A stretch of 64,000 nucleotides of DNA from Candidatus Latescibacterota bacterium. Its GTDB lineage: Bacteria; Latescibacterota; UBA2968. Within the stretch, counting starts at the first letter, position 1; every line of letters starts with the position of its first letter. The notes beneath the pieces were generated by a model. The model did not search any database, was not told where the DNA came from, and saw only the letters and a list, made by a program, of their open reading frames with translations. The position numbers and the translations under genes were made by a program. Below, one piece after another: positions 31,582 through 41,140 of the stretch. Where the stretch lies: the NCBI GenBank assembly GCA_965222605.1, contig OZ244960.1:2656001-2720000 (forward strand), given 5' to 3'.

Positions 31582-32603
31582 CCACCCGAGAAAAAATACT
31601 CATCTTCCGCCCCGATCACATCGGCGACCTGCTGCTCACCACGCCAGCACTCTACGCCCTTCGCCAGGCAAAACCAGACGCCCACATCAGCGCCCTCGTC
31701 AGTTCCTGGTCATCTCCTATTCTAACGGGAAACCCGGACATCGACGACATATTGATCTGCAATCTCCCCTGGCTCGACCGCAGCGCAAATCCCTCGTGGT
31801 GGTCGCTCCTGCCAATCATTCGCCAGATCAGATCACAGCAATTTGACCGCATTCTCAACTTTCGCATCGCCGCAAAAGCCGCCGCATTCTCTCGCCTGCT
31901 CGGCGCAAAAGAACGCTGGGGATTTGACGTCTTAAAATCGCGCTGGGCCTGGACACATGCCGTCCCTTATAATCCCAATCAACATGTCGTAGATAACTAC
32001 ATGGCCCTTGCCCATGCGTGCCTACCTGCACATACCCGCAACTCATCCGTGAACTTCCGCATCTTTCCCGAAACAACCGACCTGTCCAGCATTGACGAAT
32101 TTATGCACAACAGCCCACCCGCAGTGGTCCTCGGTGTCACATCTGGCCGCCCCGACAAATCCTGGCTACCCGACCGCTGGGCAAAAATTGCCGATCACAT
32201 CGCAAAAGATGGCTTTCGCATCCTCCTCAACGGCGGACCCACAGAAGAAACAGACGTTCTGATGGTGCAATCGCTCATGCACCATCCAGCAGAAAATCTC
32301 GTCGGCCGTTTTTCCCTACTTCAGTTCGCTGGTCTGCTCAAACGCTGTGCAGCCATCATCACACTTGACTCCTTTCCCATGCACCTCGCAGCAGCCCTCG
32401 GCATCCCAACCATCGCACTCTTTGGCGCCAACAGCAGCACACTGTGGGGACCCTATCCGGGCAACTATCCCCGCATCGTCGTTGAACCGCCACCCGAAAT
32501 TCCTCGAAACGCCCAGGCCATGAAATGGATACAAACCACACACGTTATTGACGCCTATAACCGCCTCGACCTCCACGCGCAGCACAACGACAGTACATTT
32601 TAA
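31578..32603 (+). CDS. GT9 family glycosyltransferase (heptosyltransferase-like)
   Basis: HIGDLLLTTP, KSW, DSFPMHLAAALGIPTIALFG. Confidence 0.9.
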   Translation: MTTREKILIFRPDHIGDLLLTTPALYALRQAKPDAHISALVSSWSSPILTGNPDIDDILICNLPWLDRSANPSWWSLLPIIRQIRSQQFDRILNFRIAAKAAAFSRLLGAKERWGFDVLKSRWAWTHAVPYNPNQHVVDNYMALAHACLPAHTRNSSVNFRIFPETTDLSSIDEFMHNSPPAVVLGVTSGRPDKSWLPDRWAKIADHIAKDGFRILLNGGPTEETDVLMVQSLMHHPAENLVGRFSLLQFAGLLKRCAAIITLDSFPMHLAAALGIPTIALFGANSSTLWGPYPGNYPRIVVEPPPEIPRNAQAMKWIQTTHVIDAYNRLDLHAQHNDSTF

Positions 32604-32639
32604 CCCCATTCACATTTGTAAAAAAACGCACGCTTTGCT
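32604..32639 (+). repeat. Direct repeat, copy 1 (about 35 bp)
   Basis: ccccattcacatttgtaaaaaaacgcacgctttgct; near-identical to 33344-33378. Confidence 0.75.
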
Positions 32640-32768
32640 GAATCAGGGTGGGCAATTAAAGAAAAAGCAGGTCATGGACCGCGTCGATGACCTGCTTACA
32701 CAAGCTTGCTTTGTGAGACTTACCTATCAGAGCTTGATGCTCCTTGCACTGCGTAAAAAATGGTGTAC

Positions 32769-33200
32769 TCATTCACTGTTTGCCGCACTCCCATTTTGAT
32801 CTTCTAAAGCAGCACGAATGGCTTCTATATCAATATCCGGATACATTTTTTTAACCATTGCTATGGTTTCCTCATGCCCTCTCATTTGACCTTCCTTAAA
32901 GCGTTTTGCAAGATATCTTTCAGTCTCAGCACGAATTTTTTGAACTGGAACGATCATGAGATTTACCCCCTCTATAATAAAGAATGCTAAAGTGATAGCA
33001 GAAAGACCTATGGATCCTATATTACTGATTACCGTAATAATTGCATCGTAATCAGGTTTAGCAATTTTGCCCCAATTGTACCAAAGGGCCAGTGATAGAG
33101 AAGAAAAAAAGAACACCGAGGCCAAGATCATTAGCCATGTTCTCTCTGTGTCTCCGGTACTCCAAATAGAGACCCTTTCTTCGTCTGTATTATCTGCCAT
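32769..33200 (-). CDS. Hypothetical two-TM membrane protein
   Basis: AGGAG RBS; two hydrophobic segments; AT-rich relative to neighbours. Confidence 0.7.
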   Translation of the reverse strand: MADNTDEERVSIWSTGDTERTWLMILASVFFFSSLSLALWYNWGKIAKPDYDAIITVISNIGSIGLSAITLAFFIIEGVNLMIVPVQKIRAETERYLAKRFKEGQMRGHEETIAMVKKMYPDIDIEAIRAALEDQNGSAANSE

Positions 33201-33343
33201 CCTGTCACAATCTCCTACCTGGATATATCTTTGTAAATATATAAAAAATAGATTTCTAACACAATTAAGAACTTGACGTACGCAATCCCAACACCTATAT
33301 CTTAAAATTCAAGTGACTACCCGAAAAAAATACTGATTTCCCG

Positions 33344-33384
33344 CCCCTTCATATTTGTAAAAAAACGCGCGCTTTGCTATCTTT
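33344..33384 (+). promoter_or_regulatory. Direct repeat copy 2, putative sigma-70 promoter of the GT2 operon
   Basis: TTGTAA-N17-TATCTT with extended TG. Confidence 0.55.
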
Positions 33385-33417
33385 GTGTTTAATTTTCATC
33401 TCTAACCTCAACAACAC

Positions 33418-34353
33418 ATGCCCATGCCCGACCTCAGCCTCGTCATACCCCTGCTCAACGAAGAAGAAAGCCTGCGCCCGCTCATGGCACAAATCCGCGG
33501 CGTGCTCGCTACCCAGGACCTCACCTACGAAGTCGTCTTCATTGACGACGGCAGCACCGATGGGTCAATCCGCGTTTTGGAAGACCTGCACAACACCTAT
33601 CCCGAAGTCAAAGTCATCCAATTTCGGCGCAACTTTGGCAAAGCCGCTGCCTATACCGCCGGATTTCAACGCGCATGTGGCAAATACATCATCACCATGG
33701 ACGCCGACCTGCAAGACGACCCGGCAGAAATCCCCAACCTCCTCGCCAAAATCGAAGAAGGCTATGACCTCGTCTCCGGATGGAAGAAAAAACGCTTTGA
33801 CCCACTGGGCAAAACCCTGCCCTCCAAATTTTTCAACTGGGTCACGGGCTATGTATCGGGCATTGACATACACGACTTTAACTGCGGCCTCAAAGCCTAT
33901 CGCAGTGAAGTCACAAAAGACATACGCGTACTCGGCGAACTCCACCGCTACATCCCCGTACTCGCCCACATGGAAGGGTACCGCATCGGTGAGATTCCCG
34001 TCCAGCACCACCCGCGACAATTTGGCGTAACCAAATATGGCTGGGGGCGCCTGCTCAAAGGATTTTTTGACCTCCTCACCGTCATGTACATCGGAAGATA
34101 CATGGGCCGTCCCCTTCACCTGTTCGGCACCGTGGGCCTCATATTTGGCATCATAGGCATGTTCATCAACGCATTCATCGCATCCCTCTGGTTCCAAACC
34201 GGCACCATTCAAAACCGGTACCCCCTGCTGATGCTCGGGGTCTTCCTCTCCGTACTCGGCGTGCAATTTATCTGCACGGGCCTGCTCGCAGACATGTTGA
34301 CCCGAGGACCACAACCCAACGAAAAATTCAACATTCGAAAAATCCTCAAATAA
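33418..34353 (+). CDS. GT2 polyprenyl-phosphate glycosyltransferase (ArnC/GtrB-like)
   Basis: IDDGSTD, RRNFGKAAA, MDADLQDDP, HDFNCG, GELHRYIP; two C-terminal TMs. Confidence 0.9.
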   Translation: MPMPDLSLVIPLLNEEESLRPLMAQIRGVLATQDLTYEVVFIDDGSTDGSIRVLEDLHNTYPEVKVIQFRRNFGKAAAYTAGFQRACGKYIITMDADLQDDPAEIPNLLAKIEEGYDLVSGWKKKRFDPLGKTLPSKFFNWVTGYVSGIDIHDFNCGLKAYRSEVTKDIRVLGELHRYIPVLAHMEGYRIGEIPVQHHPRQFGVTKYGWGRLLKGFFDLLTVMYIGRYMGRPLHLFGTVGLIFGIIGMFINAFIASLWFQTGTIQNRYPLLMLGVFLSVLGVQFICTGLLADMLTRGPQPNEKFNIRKILK

Positions 34354-35499
34354 ATGACACCCAAAAATATTCTCGTCACCGGCGGCATGGGCTTTGTTGG
34401 CTCTTACCTCGCCGATGAACTCGTACAACGCGGGCACCGCGTACGCATCTTTGACAACCTGGACCCGCAGGTACACCCCAACCGCAAATTGCCGGACTAT
34501 GCCAACCCCCATGCCGAATTTATCCAGGGCGATGTGCGCGATTACGACGCCTTAAAAAAAGCCCTTCAAGGCATTGAAATAATCTTCCACAAAGCCGCCG
34601 CAGTTGGCATGGGACAATCCCAATACGAAATCAAAAAATACGTTGACATCAACACCGGTGGCACCGCGAACCTGCTCGACATCCTCGTCAACAACAATCA
34701 CAACATTGAAAAACTCATCGTCGCAGCCTCGCAAACCAGCTATGGCGAGGGCCTCTGCACATGTGCAGAACACGGTACACAACACCCTGGTCCTCGCCCA
34801 AATAACCAGCTAAAAAACGCCCACTGGGAACACAAGTGCCCCTTGTGCGACCAGGACATGCCACCAGCACCTATTTCCGAAGACACCGAACGCTTATGTT
34901 ACGCCATATACGCACAAACCAAAACACATCAAGAAGACATGGTCCTCAACATCGGTCGCGCCTACAAAATTCCCTCAGTAGCCCTGCGCTACTTCAACAT
35001 CTTCGGTCCCCGGCAATCACTCTCCAACCCCTATACGGGTGTAACTGCCATATTTATGAGCCGCCTCAAAAACAACAAACATCCAGTCATCTACGAAGAC
35101 GGCAAACAATCGCGGGACTTCATCTCCGTTCACGACATCGTACAGGCCAACATCCTCGCCATGGAAAAATCCGAAGGAGATTACCAGGCATTTAACGTGG
35201 GCAGCGGGACGGGCACATCCATCAAACACATCGCCCTGACCCTATCCAATATCCTGGGCATCGAACACCTCGCGCCCGACATCACCGGAACCTATCGCCA
35301 GGGCGACACCCGCCACAGCATTGCCGACATCTCGCGCATAAAAAAAACACTGGGCTTTCAACCCAGTGTCAGTTTTCAACACGGCATGGAAGAACTCGTC
35401 GAATGGGGCAGAGACCGCGAAGCGACAGATGGCTTTGCAAAAGCGCAAGACGCACTACAACAAAGAGGTCTAACCGCTAAGGTAAGAGGTAAGACGTAA
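34354..35499 (+). CDS. NAD-dependent nucleotide-sugar epimerase/dehydratase
   Basis: TGGMGFVG, YAQTK, LRYFNIFGPRQ, EDGKQSRDF. Confidence 0.9.
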   Translation: MTPKNILVTGGMGFVGSYLADELVQRGHRVRIFDNLDPQVHPNRKLPDYANPHAEFIQGDVRDYDALKKALQGIEIIFHKAAAVGMGQSQYEIKKYVDINTGGTANLLDILVNNNHNIEKLIVAASQTSYGEGLCTCAEHGTQHPGPRPNNQLKNAHWEHKCPLCDQDMPPAPISEDTERLCYAIYAQTKTHQEDMVLNIGRAYKIPSVALRYFNIFGPRQSLSNPYTGVTAIFMSRLKNNKHPVIYEDGKQSRDFISVHDIVQANILAMEKSEGDYQAFNVGSGTGTSIKHIALTLSNILGIEHLAPDITGTYRQGDTRHSIADISRIKKTLGFQPSVSFQHGMEELVEWGRDREATDGFAKAQDALQQRGLTAKVRGKT

Positions 35500-35570
35500 A
35501 AGGTAAGAGACCACCCAACACCGCCCAGGCGGTAAGACGTGAGAGGGGGAGCTTTGTCTCACGTCTCACC
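35478..35570. repeat. Short GTAAGA/GTGAGA heptamer-like repeats with an inverted arm
   Basis: ggtaagaggtaagacgtaaaaggtaagag...gtaagacgtgaga...tctcacgtctcac. Confidence 0.6.
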
Positions 35571-35574
35571 GCCT

Positions 35575-35730
35575 TTAAGCAAATTCACGAACGGGAACCC
35601 GTTCCCGTGTATCGTGATCCCAGCGCAGCACTGTCCGAATCTTTTCAGACCGGTCAATATCACCATGAATGGCATAATAAAGCGCGTGATAAGCCATTTG
35701 GTTGCGTTTTTCCAGATCGATGCGCGTCAT
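35575..35730 (-). CDS. Small protein of unknown function (51 aa)
   Basis: AAAGGAG RBS before ATG 35730; sigma-54 promoter upstream. Confidence 0.65.
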   Translation of the reverse strand: MTRIDLEKRNQMAYHALYYAIHGDIDRSEKIRTVLRWDHDTRERVPVREFA

Positions 35731-35776
35731 GTGTTCTCCTTTTATAGGTGACAGTATTTCGTTACCTATATGCATG

Positions 35777-35792
35777 AGCAAATCCGGTGCCA
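35777..35792 (-). promoter_or_regulatory. Sigma-54 (-24/-12) promoter
   Basis: TGGCACCGGATTTGCT on the minus strand, exact GG-N10-GC spacing. Confidence 0.75.
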
Positions 35793-35950
35793 GTTCTCTT
35801 GTTTTTTAAAAAATTTTATTTATTTATTGATTTCAAAGAACTTAATTAAAAAATACTCATATCTAATTGTAAAATTCATGTGCCAAAAATGGAACATTCT
35901 GGTCAAAATGACCACATATCGACGAACAAATTGGCACATTTTGCTCTTTT

Positions 35951-36062
35951 AGCAGTCAGCTATCAGCTCCCGCCCAGTCACCACCCGGTGGATCGCGGCT
36001 CAACAACATGCCGCGATGACGGTTTTCACATGCTTTGCTGATAGCTTGTTTTGCTGACCGCT
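35951..36062 (+). repeat. TGGATCGCGGC-N10-GCCGCGATGAC palindrome flanked by inverted GCTGA(T/C) heptamer repeats
   Basis: agcagtcagctatcagc ... gctgatagc..gctgaccgct around 35989-36020. Confidence 0.8.
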
Positions 36063-36078
36063 TCTCTTCAGGAGTTTC

Positions 36079-38091
36079 ATGCTCGACAATAAGTGGACAT
36101 CCCCAATCTACATCGTCTTAATGGGCATCCTCGCAGGCATCGCTTATAGTCATTTGCCCACTCTCCCACTCGAAGGCGAAGATAGTGAATACATGGCGGA
36201 TGCTGAAACCGTCTTGCAAAATCCATCGCGCTTGTTCTCGCCAGAAAATGTACATCCTGGCCGACCCGTGGTTCAAATTGTATTTATAGTCGGACACGTC
36301 TTATGGGGCAAAAATCCCGCTGCCTACCATGTATTGCTCGTTGCACTTCACTTTTTTGCAAGCATCCGGCTATTTCAGGCCTTCAAGCTGTCTGGAGCCA
36401 ACACACTTGTAAGCATGCTATCCGGTGCTTTTTTCTTGCTCTATGCCGCCAGCTTTCGCAATCTGCAGTGGATAGAAACGCTGAGTTATCCTCTTGCCCT
36501 GATTTTTATGCTGGAAATGTTGCGTATATACCTGAGTTGGCCCGACAAGCGTCCATGGACAAATAACATACTCGCTATTTTCTATGTGCTCCTGAGCATT
36601 GGTACGCATCCCACATCTATTTTTATTCTCGGTGTCTGTGCGTATCTTGCATGGGAGCGTACGGATTCTGTACGCGAGGCCGTTTTGAGGATCGCGCCTT
36701 CTTTCTGTTTGGGTGGTATGGGCCTGATCTGTCTAATTGTGATTTACCCGCAGGCTGCACAATTTCAAGATATGTCCTCAGCCACAGGAGTGGAACGATA
36801 CTTTCAGTATTTGGGCCACCTGATTTTATATGCCTTTCATTTACCTGTAGAAATGTGGGACAAAACCGAGGGATATTGGGATACGTCCTCGTCGTTGATT
36901 GTCGGTATAGGATTCGCAGCCTTGTTGCTCTGGCTAATTCTGAAGCGAAAAATACCTGTCTGGGCCTTATGGACGCTTCTGGCGTTGCTGCCTTTTATAA
37001 CCAAACCGAATTTTCACTGGCGGTATTTCTATTTTGCCACAGCGGGATCGTCATTGGTGCTCGGTTATTGTATTTATCATGCCTTCACCAGAATAGCCAA
37101 ACTTGCCCTCCCTAAATTTGTCGCGCCTATTGTCGGAATCGCGATCATCGGCATTTTATTCGCATCGAGTATCTTTGCCCACAAAAAAGCCGAAGCCATT
37201 GCGTTGTATTCTTCGGGAAGATCGCATCTCGCCCGCGAGTTTTTGGACGAAGGAATTGAATACTTCACCCTTGCATTACAAAAAAACGCCCGGGGCATTC
37301 CCACAGACGCTTATCAACGCCTATCGCTGGCTTCATTTGGTGAAGGAAAAAATCCAACTCACATTTTGCTCGAAGGATTGAAACACTACCCCAACCATCC
37401 TCAACATACCCCGGAACTCAATCTCATGCTCGGGCTATCCATGTATTTGGACGATACCCAAATTGCAGAAGGTAAAGCACTTGTGCGAAAGATTTATGAA
37501 TCCTCCGCGAACAAAGGAAAATTGCACTTAATTGCCGGCACATGCCTGAGCAACTTAGCCAGGTATTATTCAAATAACAAAAACTACGAAAAAGCTGTGT
37601 CCCTGTGGCGGGAAGCCCTTGTCTTCCAACCCAATCATTACAAGGCACGTTTGAAACTCGTCCCACTACTCTTCAAACTCAATCGCACCAATGAGGCCAT
37701 TCAAGCCACGCGCCAGACCATTGACATGTATCCGAAAAATCAAGAAATAGCTCTATCTATTTTTCTTCCACTCATTGAAGCAAAACAATATGCTGAAGCC
37801 GAAAAAGTGTACCGCCATTATCTCACCCTCAATACTCAGGCTCCGAACGCACACTACAATCTGGGTACCCTCGCATTGGCACAAGGGCGCAATGAAGAGG
37901 CCATTTTGAGTTTGCAACGGGCAATAAAAGATGCCCCTGATGACACTGACGCACATCTATACCTGGCTCAGGCTCTCGAAAAAGTGGGCAAACCACAAGA
38001 GGCGATGCACGCCTATCGTCGGGTTCTTTCTCTGGATCCACACAACAAAATCGCCAATGACCGCGTCCAAGTTACTGAATCACACCCCTGA
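36079..38091 (+). CDS. TMTC-like multi-TM GT-C protein with C-terminal TPRs
   Basis: ED, GRP, AYHVLLVALH, RYFYF; TPR tail (AHYNLG, YRRVLSLDP). Confidence 0.7.
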   Translation: MLDNKWTSPIYIVLMGILAGIAYSHLPTLPLEGEDSEYMADAETVLQNPSRLFSPENVHPGRPVVQIVFIVGHVLWGKNPAAYHVLLVALHFFASIRLFQAFKLSGANTLVSMLSGAFFLLYAASFRNLQWIETLSYPLALIFMLEMLRIYLSWPDKRPWTNNILAIFYVLLSIGTHPTSIFILGVCAYLAWERTDSVREAVLRIAPSFCLGGMGLICLIVIYPQAAQFQDMSSATGVERYFQYLGHLILYAFHLPVEMWDKTEGYWDTSSSLIVGIGFAALLLWLILKRKIPVWALWTLLALLPFITKPNFHWRYFYFATAGSSLVLGYCIYHAFTRIAKLALPKFVAPIVGIAIIGILFASSIFAHKKAEAIALYSSGRSHLAREFLDEGIEYFTLALQKNARGIPTDAYQRLSLASFGEGKNPTHILLEGLKHYPNHPQHTPELNLMLGLSMYLDDTQIAEGKALVRKIYESSANKGKLHLIAGTCLSNLARYYSNNKNYEKAVSLWREALVFQPNHYKARLKLVPLLFKLNRTNEAIQATRQTIDMYPKNQEIALSIFLPLIEAKQYAEAEKVYRHYLTLNTQAPNAHYNLGTLALAQGRNEEAILSLQRAIKDAPDDTDAHLYLAQALEKVGKPQEAMHAYRRVLSLDPHNKIANDRVQVTESHP

Positions 38092-38124
38092 CCACTAACC
38101 GTTTCCTTTCAGGAGTACCTCTTC

Positions 38125-39408
38125 ATGCTCGACATCAATCTCATTCGCAAAAACCCCGAACAAGTCGCTCAGGCATTGCAAAAACGCATGGACGACATCG
38201 ACTTCACAGACCTGCTCACCTGGGATGAAAAACGCCGCACGCACATCGCAGAAGCGGGACAGCTACGCGCAAAACGCAACGCAGTCTCCGCCCAAATCCC
38301 CCAAATAAAAAAAGCGGGCGGAGACATAGCCCAGATACAAATAGAAATGCGCGAAGTCTCAACCCGCATCAAAACCATTGAAACCGAACTCGCAGAAACC
38401 GAGCAAAACATCCACACATTTATCGAAAACCTCCCCAACATACCCGCAGACGACGTACCCCCCGGAGACAAAGAAAACAACCGGGTCGCACGCACCTGGG
38501 GCGAAAAACCCGCACCCGACTTTGATCCCCAGGACCACGTCGATCTCGTCACCCATCTTCGCCTGATCGACTACGAACGCGGCGTCAAAATGGGTGGGAC
38601 GGGCTTCTGGCTCTACATCGGCGACGGCGCGCGTCTCGAATGGGCCTTGCTCAACTACTTCATCGACAGCCACATCAACGACGGATACGAATTTGTATTG
38701 CCCCCGCACATACTCAACGAAGCCTGCGGATTTACCGCCGGGCAATTCCCCAAATTTGCCGACGACGTATTCCACCTCAAAACCGGCGACGACAAAGTGC
38801 AATTCCTCTTGCCCACCTCTGAAACCGCACTGATCAACTTCTACCGGGACGAAATCATTCCAGAAAAAGACCTGCCCAAAAAATTCTTCTCCTACACCCC
38901 CTGTTATCGCAAAGAAGCCGGCAGTTATCGGGCGCAGGAAAGAGGCATGATTCGCGGTCACCAATTCAACAAAATCGAAATGTTCCAATTCACCCGTCCC
39001 GAAGATTCCGAAGACGCGCTTGAAGAACTCATCAACAAAGCCGAAAAACTCACCCAGGGCCTGGGCCTGCATCACCGCGTATCCATGCTCGCCGCAAAAG
39101 ACGTCAGTGCCTCCATGGCCAAAACCTATGACATCGAAGTCTGGATCCCCAGCATGAACGAATACAAAGAAGTCAGCTCCGCATCCAATGCCAGCGACTA
39201 CCAGGCAAGACGCGGCAGCATCAGATTCAAACGCACAGAAAGCGGCAAAAACGAACTCGTACACACCCTCAACGCCTCGGGCCTGGCGACCAGCCGCATC
39301 ATCCCTGCAATCGTCGAACAAAATCAAAACAAAGACGGCAGCGTCACCATCCCCGAAATCCTGCGACCTTATCTGGGGGGAAAAGAAATTTTTGAACCTG
39401 ATGTATAA
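38125..39408 (+). CDS. serS: Serine--tRNA ligase
   Basis: MLDINLIR, LLPTSE, YRKEAGSY, RGHQFNKIE, EVSSASN, HTLNASGLA. Confidence 0.97.
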   Translation: MLDINLIRKNPEQVAQALQKRMDDIDFTDLLTWDEKRRTHIAEAGQLRAKRNAVSAQIPQIKKAGGDIAQIQIEMREVSTRIKTIETELAETEQNIHTFIENLPNIPADDVPPGDKENNRVARTWGEKPAPDFDPQDHVDLVTHLRLIDYERGVKMGGTGFWLYIGDGARLEWALLNYFIDSHINDGYEFVLPPHILNEACGFTAGQFPKFADDVFHLKTGDDKVQFLLPTSETALINFYRDEIIPEKDLPKKFFSYTPCYRKEAGSYRAQERGMIRGHQFNKIEMFQFTRPEDSEDALEELINKAEKLTQGLGLHHRVSMLAAKDVSASMAKTYDIEVWIPSMNEYKEVSSASNASDYQARRGSIRFKRTESGKNELVHTLNASGLATSRIIPAIVEQNQNKDGSVTIPEILRPYLGGKEIFEPDV

Positions 39409-39563
39409 TCTGACCTTTTGTGCACAAAAAGCACCTGGGACAACGGTGCCAGCCGCTTTGATTGCCCCATGTATTCAATTTCTTTATATTGATTTGGCTC
39501 AGGCAAGTTATTTCCCAGTTCCGCTGATTGGACGATGGATAAAACGGCCATTGAGGAAAACCT

Positions 39564-40376
39564 GTGAACACCACGATTCATACAATAGAAGACCTCATTC
39601 GCATCCTGGACGACCATCCTGAGTGGACGGATGCCCTGCGTGCCCGGCTGCTGACGCGGGAACTGATTGAACTGCCCGAAAAGTTCACCCAGTTTGTCGC
39701 TGAAGTAAACAGGTTTGTTGAAGCCACGAACCGGCGCTTTGACACACTCGAAAATAGAGTGACGTCTATCCAGGAGGATGTCGGCACACTCAAAGAAGAT
39801 GTCGGCACACTCAAAGAAGATGTCGGCACACTCAAGGGAGATGTCGGCACACTCAAGGAGGATGTCGGCACACTCAAGGGAGATGTCGGCACACTCAAGG
39901 GAGATGTCGGCACACTCAAAATCGGGGTGAAATCCATTCAAGATGATCTCGGTCCGCTCAAAGGGTCCCACGCCCGGGATGCCGCTCTGCGCGAGGCATC
40001 CATCATTGCCGAGGACATGGGCTTTCAACGGACGAAGACCCTTACCCAGGATGATCTCGGAGCACTGCTTGCCCGCGCTGACACATCGGGTATTCCCACA
40101 AACGAGTTGAGAAGCTTCCGACGTGCCGACTTGATTATAGAGGCTACGGATCCAAATGGCGCAACGTGCTATATCGCCGTGGAAATCTCCTTCACCGTTA
40201 ATGGTCGAGATACCGCGCGCGCACGCCGCAACGCTGCGTTCCTGACCAAGTTCACTGGTGATCGGTCCTATCCCGCTGTTGCCAGCCTGCGCCAGGATGA
40301 CCGGATACATGGTCTCATCGACTCTGGCGAGGTGTTCTGGTATCAACTGGATCCAGAAGTTCTGGAAGCGGAATGA
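39564..40376 (+). CDS. Coiled-coil heptad-repeat protein with a degenerate PD-(D/E)XK-like C-terminal domain
   Basis: EDLIRILDDHPEW..LR N-terminus; (E/G)DVGTLK x7; ADLIIE..YIAVEISFTV..DTARARR. Confidence 0.7.
   Translation: MNTTIHTIEDLIRILDDHPEWTDALRARLLTRELIELPEKFTQFVAEVNRFVEATNRRFDTLENRVTSIQEDVGTLKEDVGTLKEDVGTLKGDVGTLKEDVGTLKGDVGTLKGDVGTLKIGVKSIQDDLGPLKGSHARDAALREASIIAEDMGFQRTKTLTQDDLGALLARADTSGIPTNELRSFRRADLIIEATDPNGATCYIAVEISFTVNGRDTARARRNAAFLTKFTGDRSYPAVASLRQDDRIHGLIDSGEVFWYQLDPEVLEAE
39777..39920 (+). repeat. 21-bp coding tandem repeat, 7 copies
   Basis: GATGTCGGCACACTCAARGRR units. Confidence 0.95.
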
Positions 40377-40884
40377 CCACCTGATATAGTTTGACCACGA
40401 CAATCGAAATACAAAAAATATGCCCCAGCACAACAATGCTGGGGCGTTCTATTATTAAAAAAGTTGGATGAAGAAATTAAAGATTTTATCTTGAAAATAG
40501 ATGACTCAGACCCAAGACTAAGTTTCCTGACTGTATATCGGTTGCAGCCGTTATTCCAGCTTGAAAGCAAGGAGAGACAAAGAAGGAAATTTTGGAAAAT
40601 GATCCAAGAACAATATCCAGGACAAAGCACCTGCTATGAGCAGGTTGCGCTATCAGGACTTGATAGCTAAATAAAATGGGTTGGACTTGACAGGTTTTGG
40701 TGTATAACAGTTGGCATAAGATGCTTGGGTAGAACCTTCTACCCTGTATAGCAAAATGAAAAATTGGGGATTAAACGTCCTTAAACTGAGGATCAAACAC
40801 TCTTGATATATCGTTAATAGCAATATATCGCTTTTTTTATTGTAAATATTTGAGAATAAACTTTTTCAGAGTCAATCCAAATTG

Positions 40885-40908
40885 TTTTTAACGATATATC
40901 GTTAAAAA
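40885..40908. promoter_or_regulatory. Perfect 24-bp palindrome, putative operator
   Basis: TTTTTAACGATATATCGTTAAAAA; related cores at 40804-40813 and 40820-40831. Confidence 0.6.
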
Positions 40909-41038
40909 TATAAAATTTAGATTGGCTTTTTTTATAATCTTTTTCCTATATATCATTTAAAAATAATACTTTACAAATAAAATTGTTTAGGATATTGATG
41001 TTGGCAAGGATATTGCACTTAATTTATTCTTCAACAAT

Positions 41039-41140
41039 GAGGGCGTCAAACTCACCCAGTTCTACGTCCAGCCGATCTGCTCTCCGACTCGGGCGTGTCT
41101 GCTCACAGGCCGGTATGCGTGGAAGAATGGCATGGAGACT
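41039..41140 (+). pseudogene. Arylsulfatase catalytic-motif fragment
   Basis: EGVKLTQFYVQPICSPTRACLLTGRYAWKNGM (CxPxR..LLTGRY); no start codon before the in-frame TAG at 40988. Confidence 0.75.

Noticed and set aside
33565-34512. Long antisense or alternate-frame ORFs (also 38359-39327, 47320-48267, 10919-11770, 30468-31430)
   Set aside because: They overlap well-supported genes and are explained by codon bias.
35931-35944. Plus-strand sigma-54 promoter TGGCACATTTTGCT
   Set aside because: GG-to-GC spacing is 8 rather than 10; better read as half of an upstream dyad.
39369-40436. 355-aa minus-strand ORF with ECADI repeats
   Set aside because: Antisense shadow of the plus-strand heptad-repeat gene.
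40464-40670. 68-aa ORF in the AT-rich gap
   Set aside because: No clear RBS or motif; possibly a gene fragment but not supportable.
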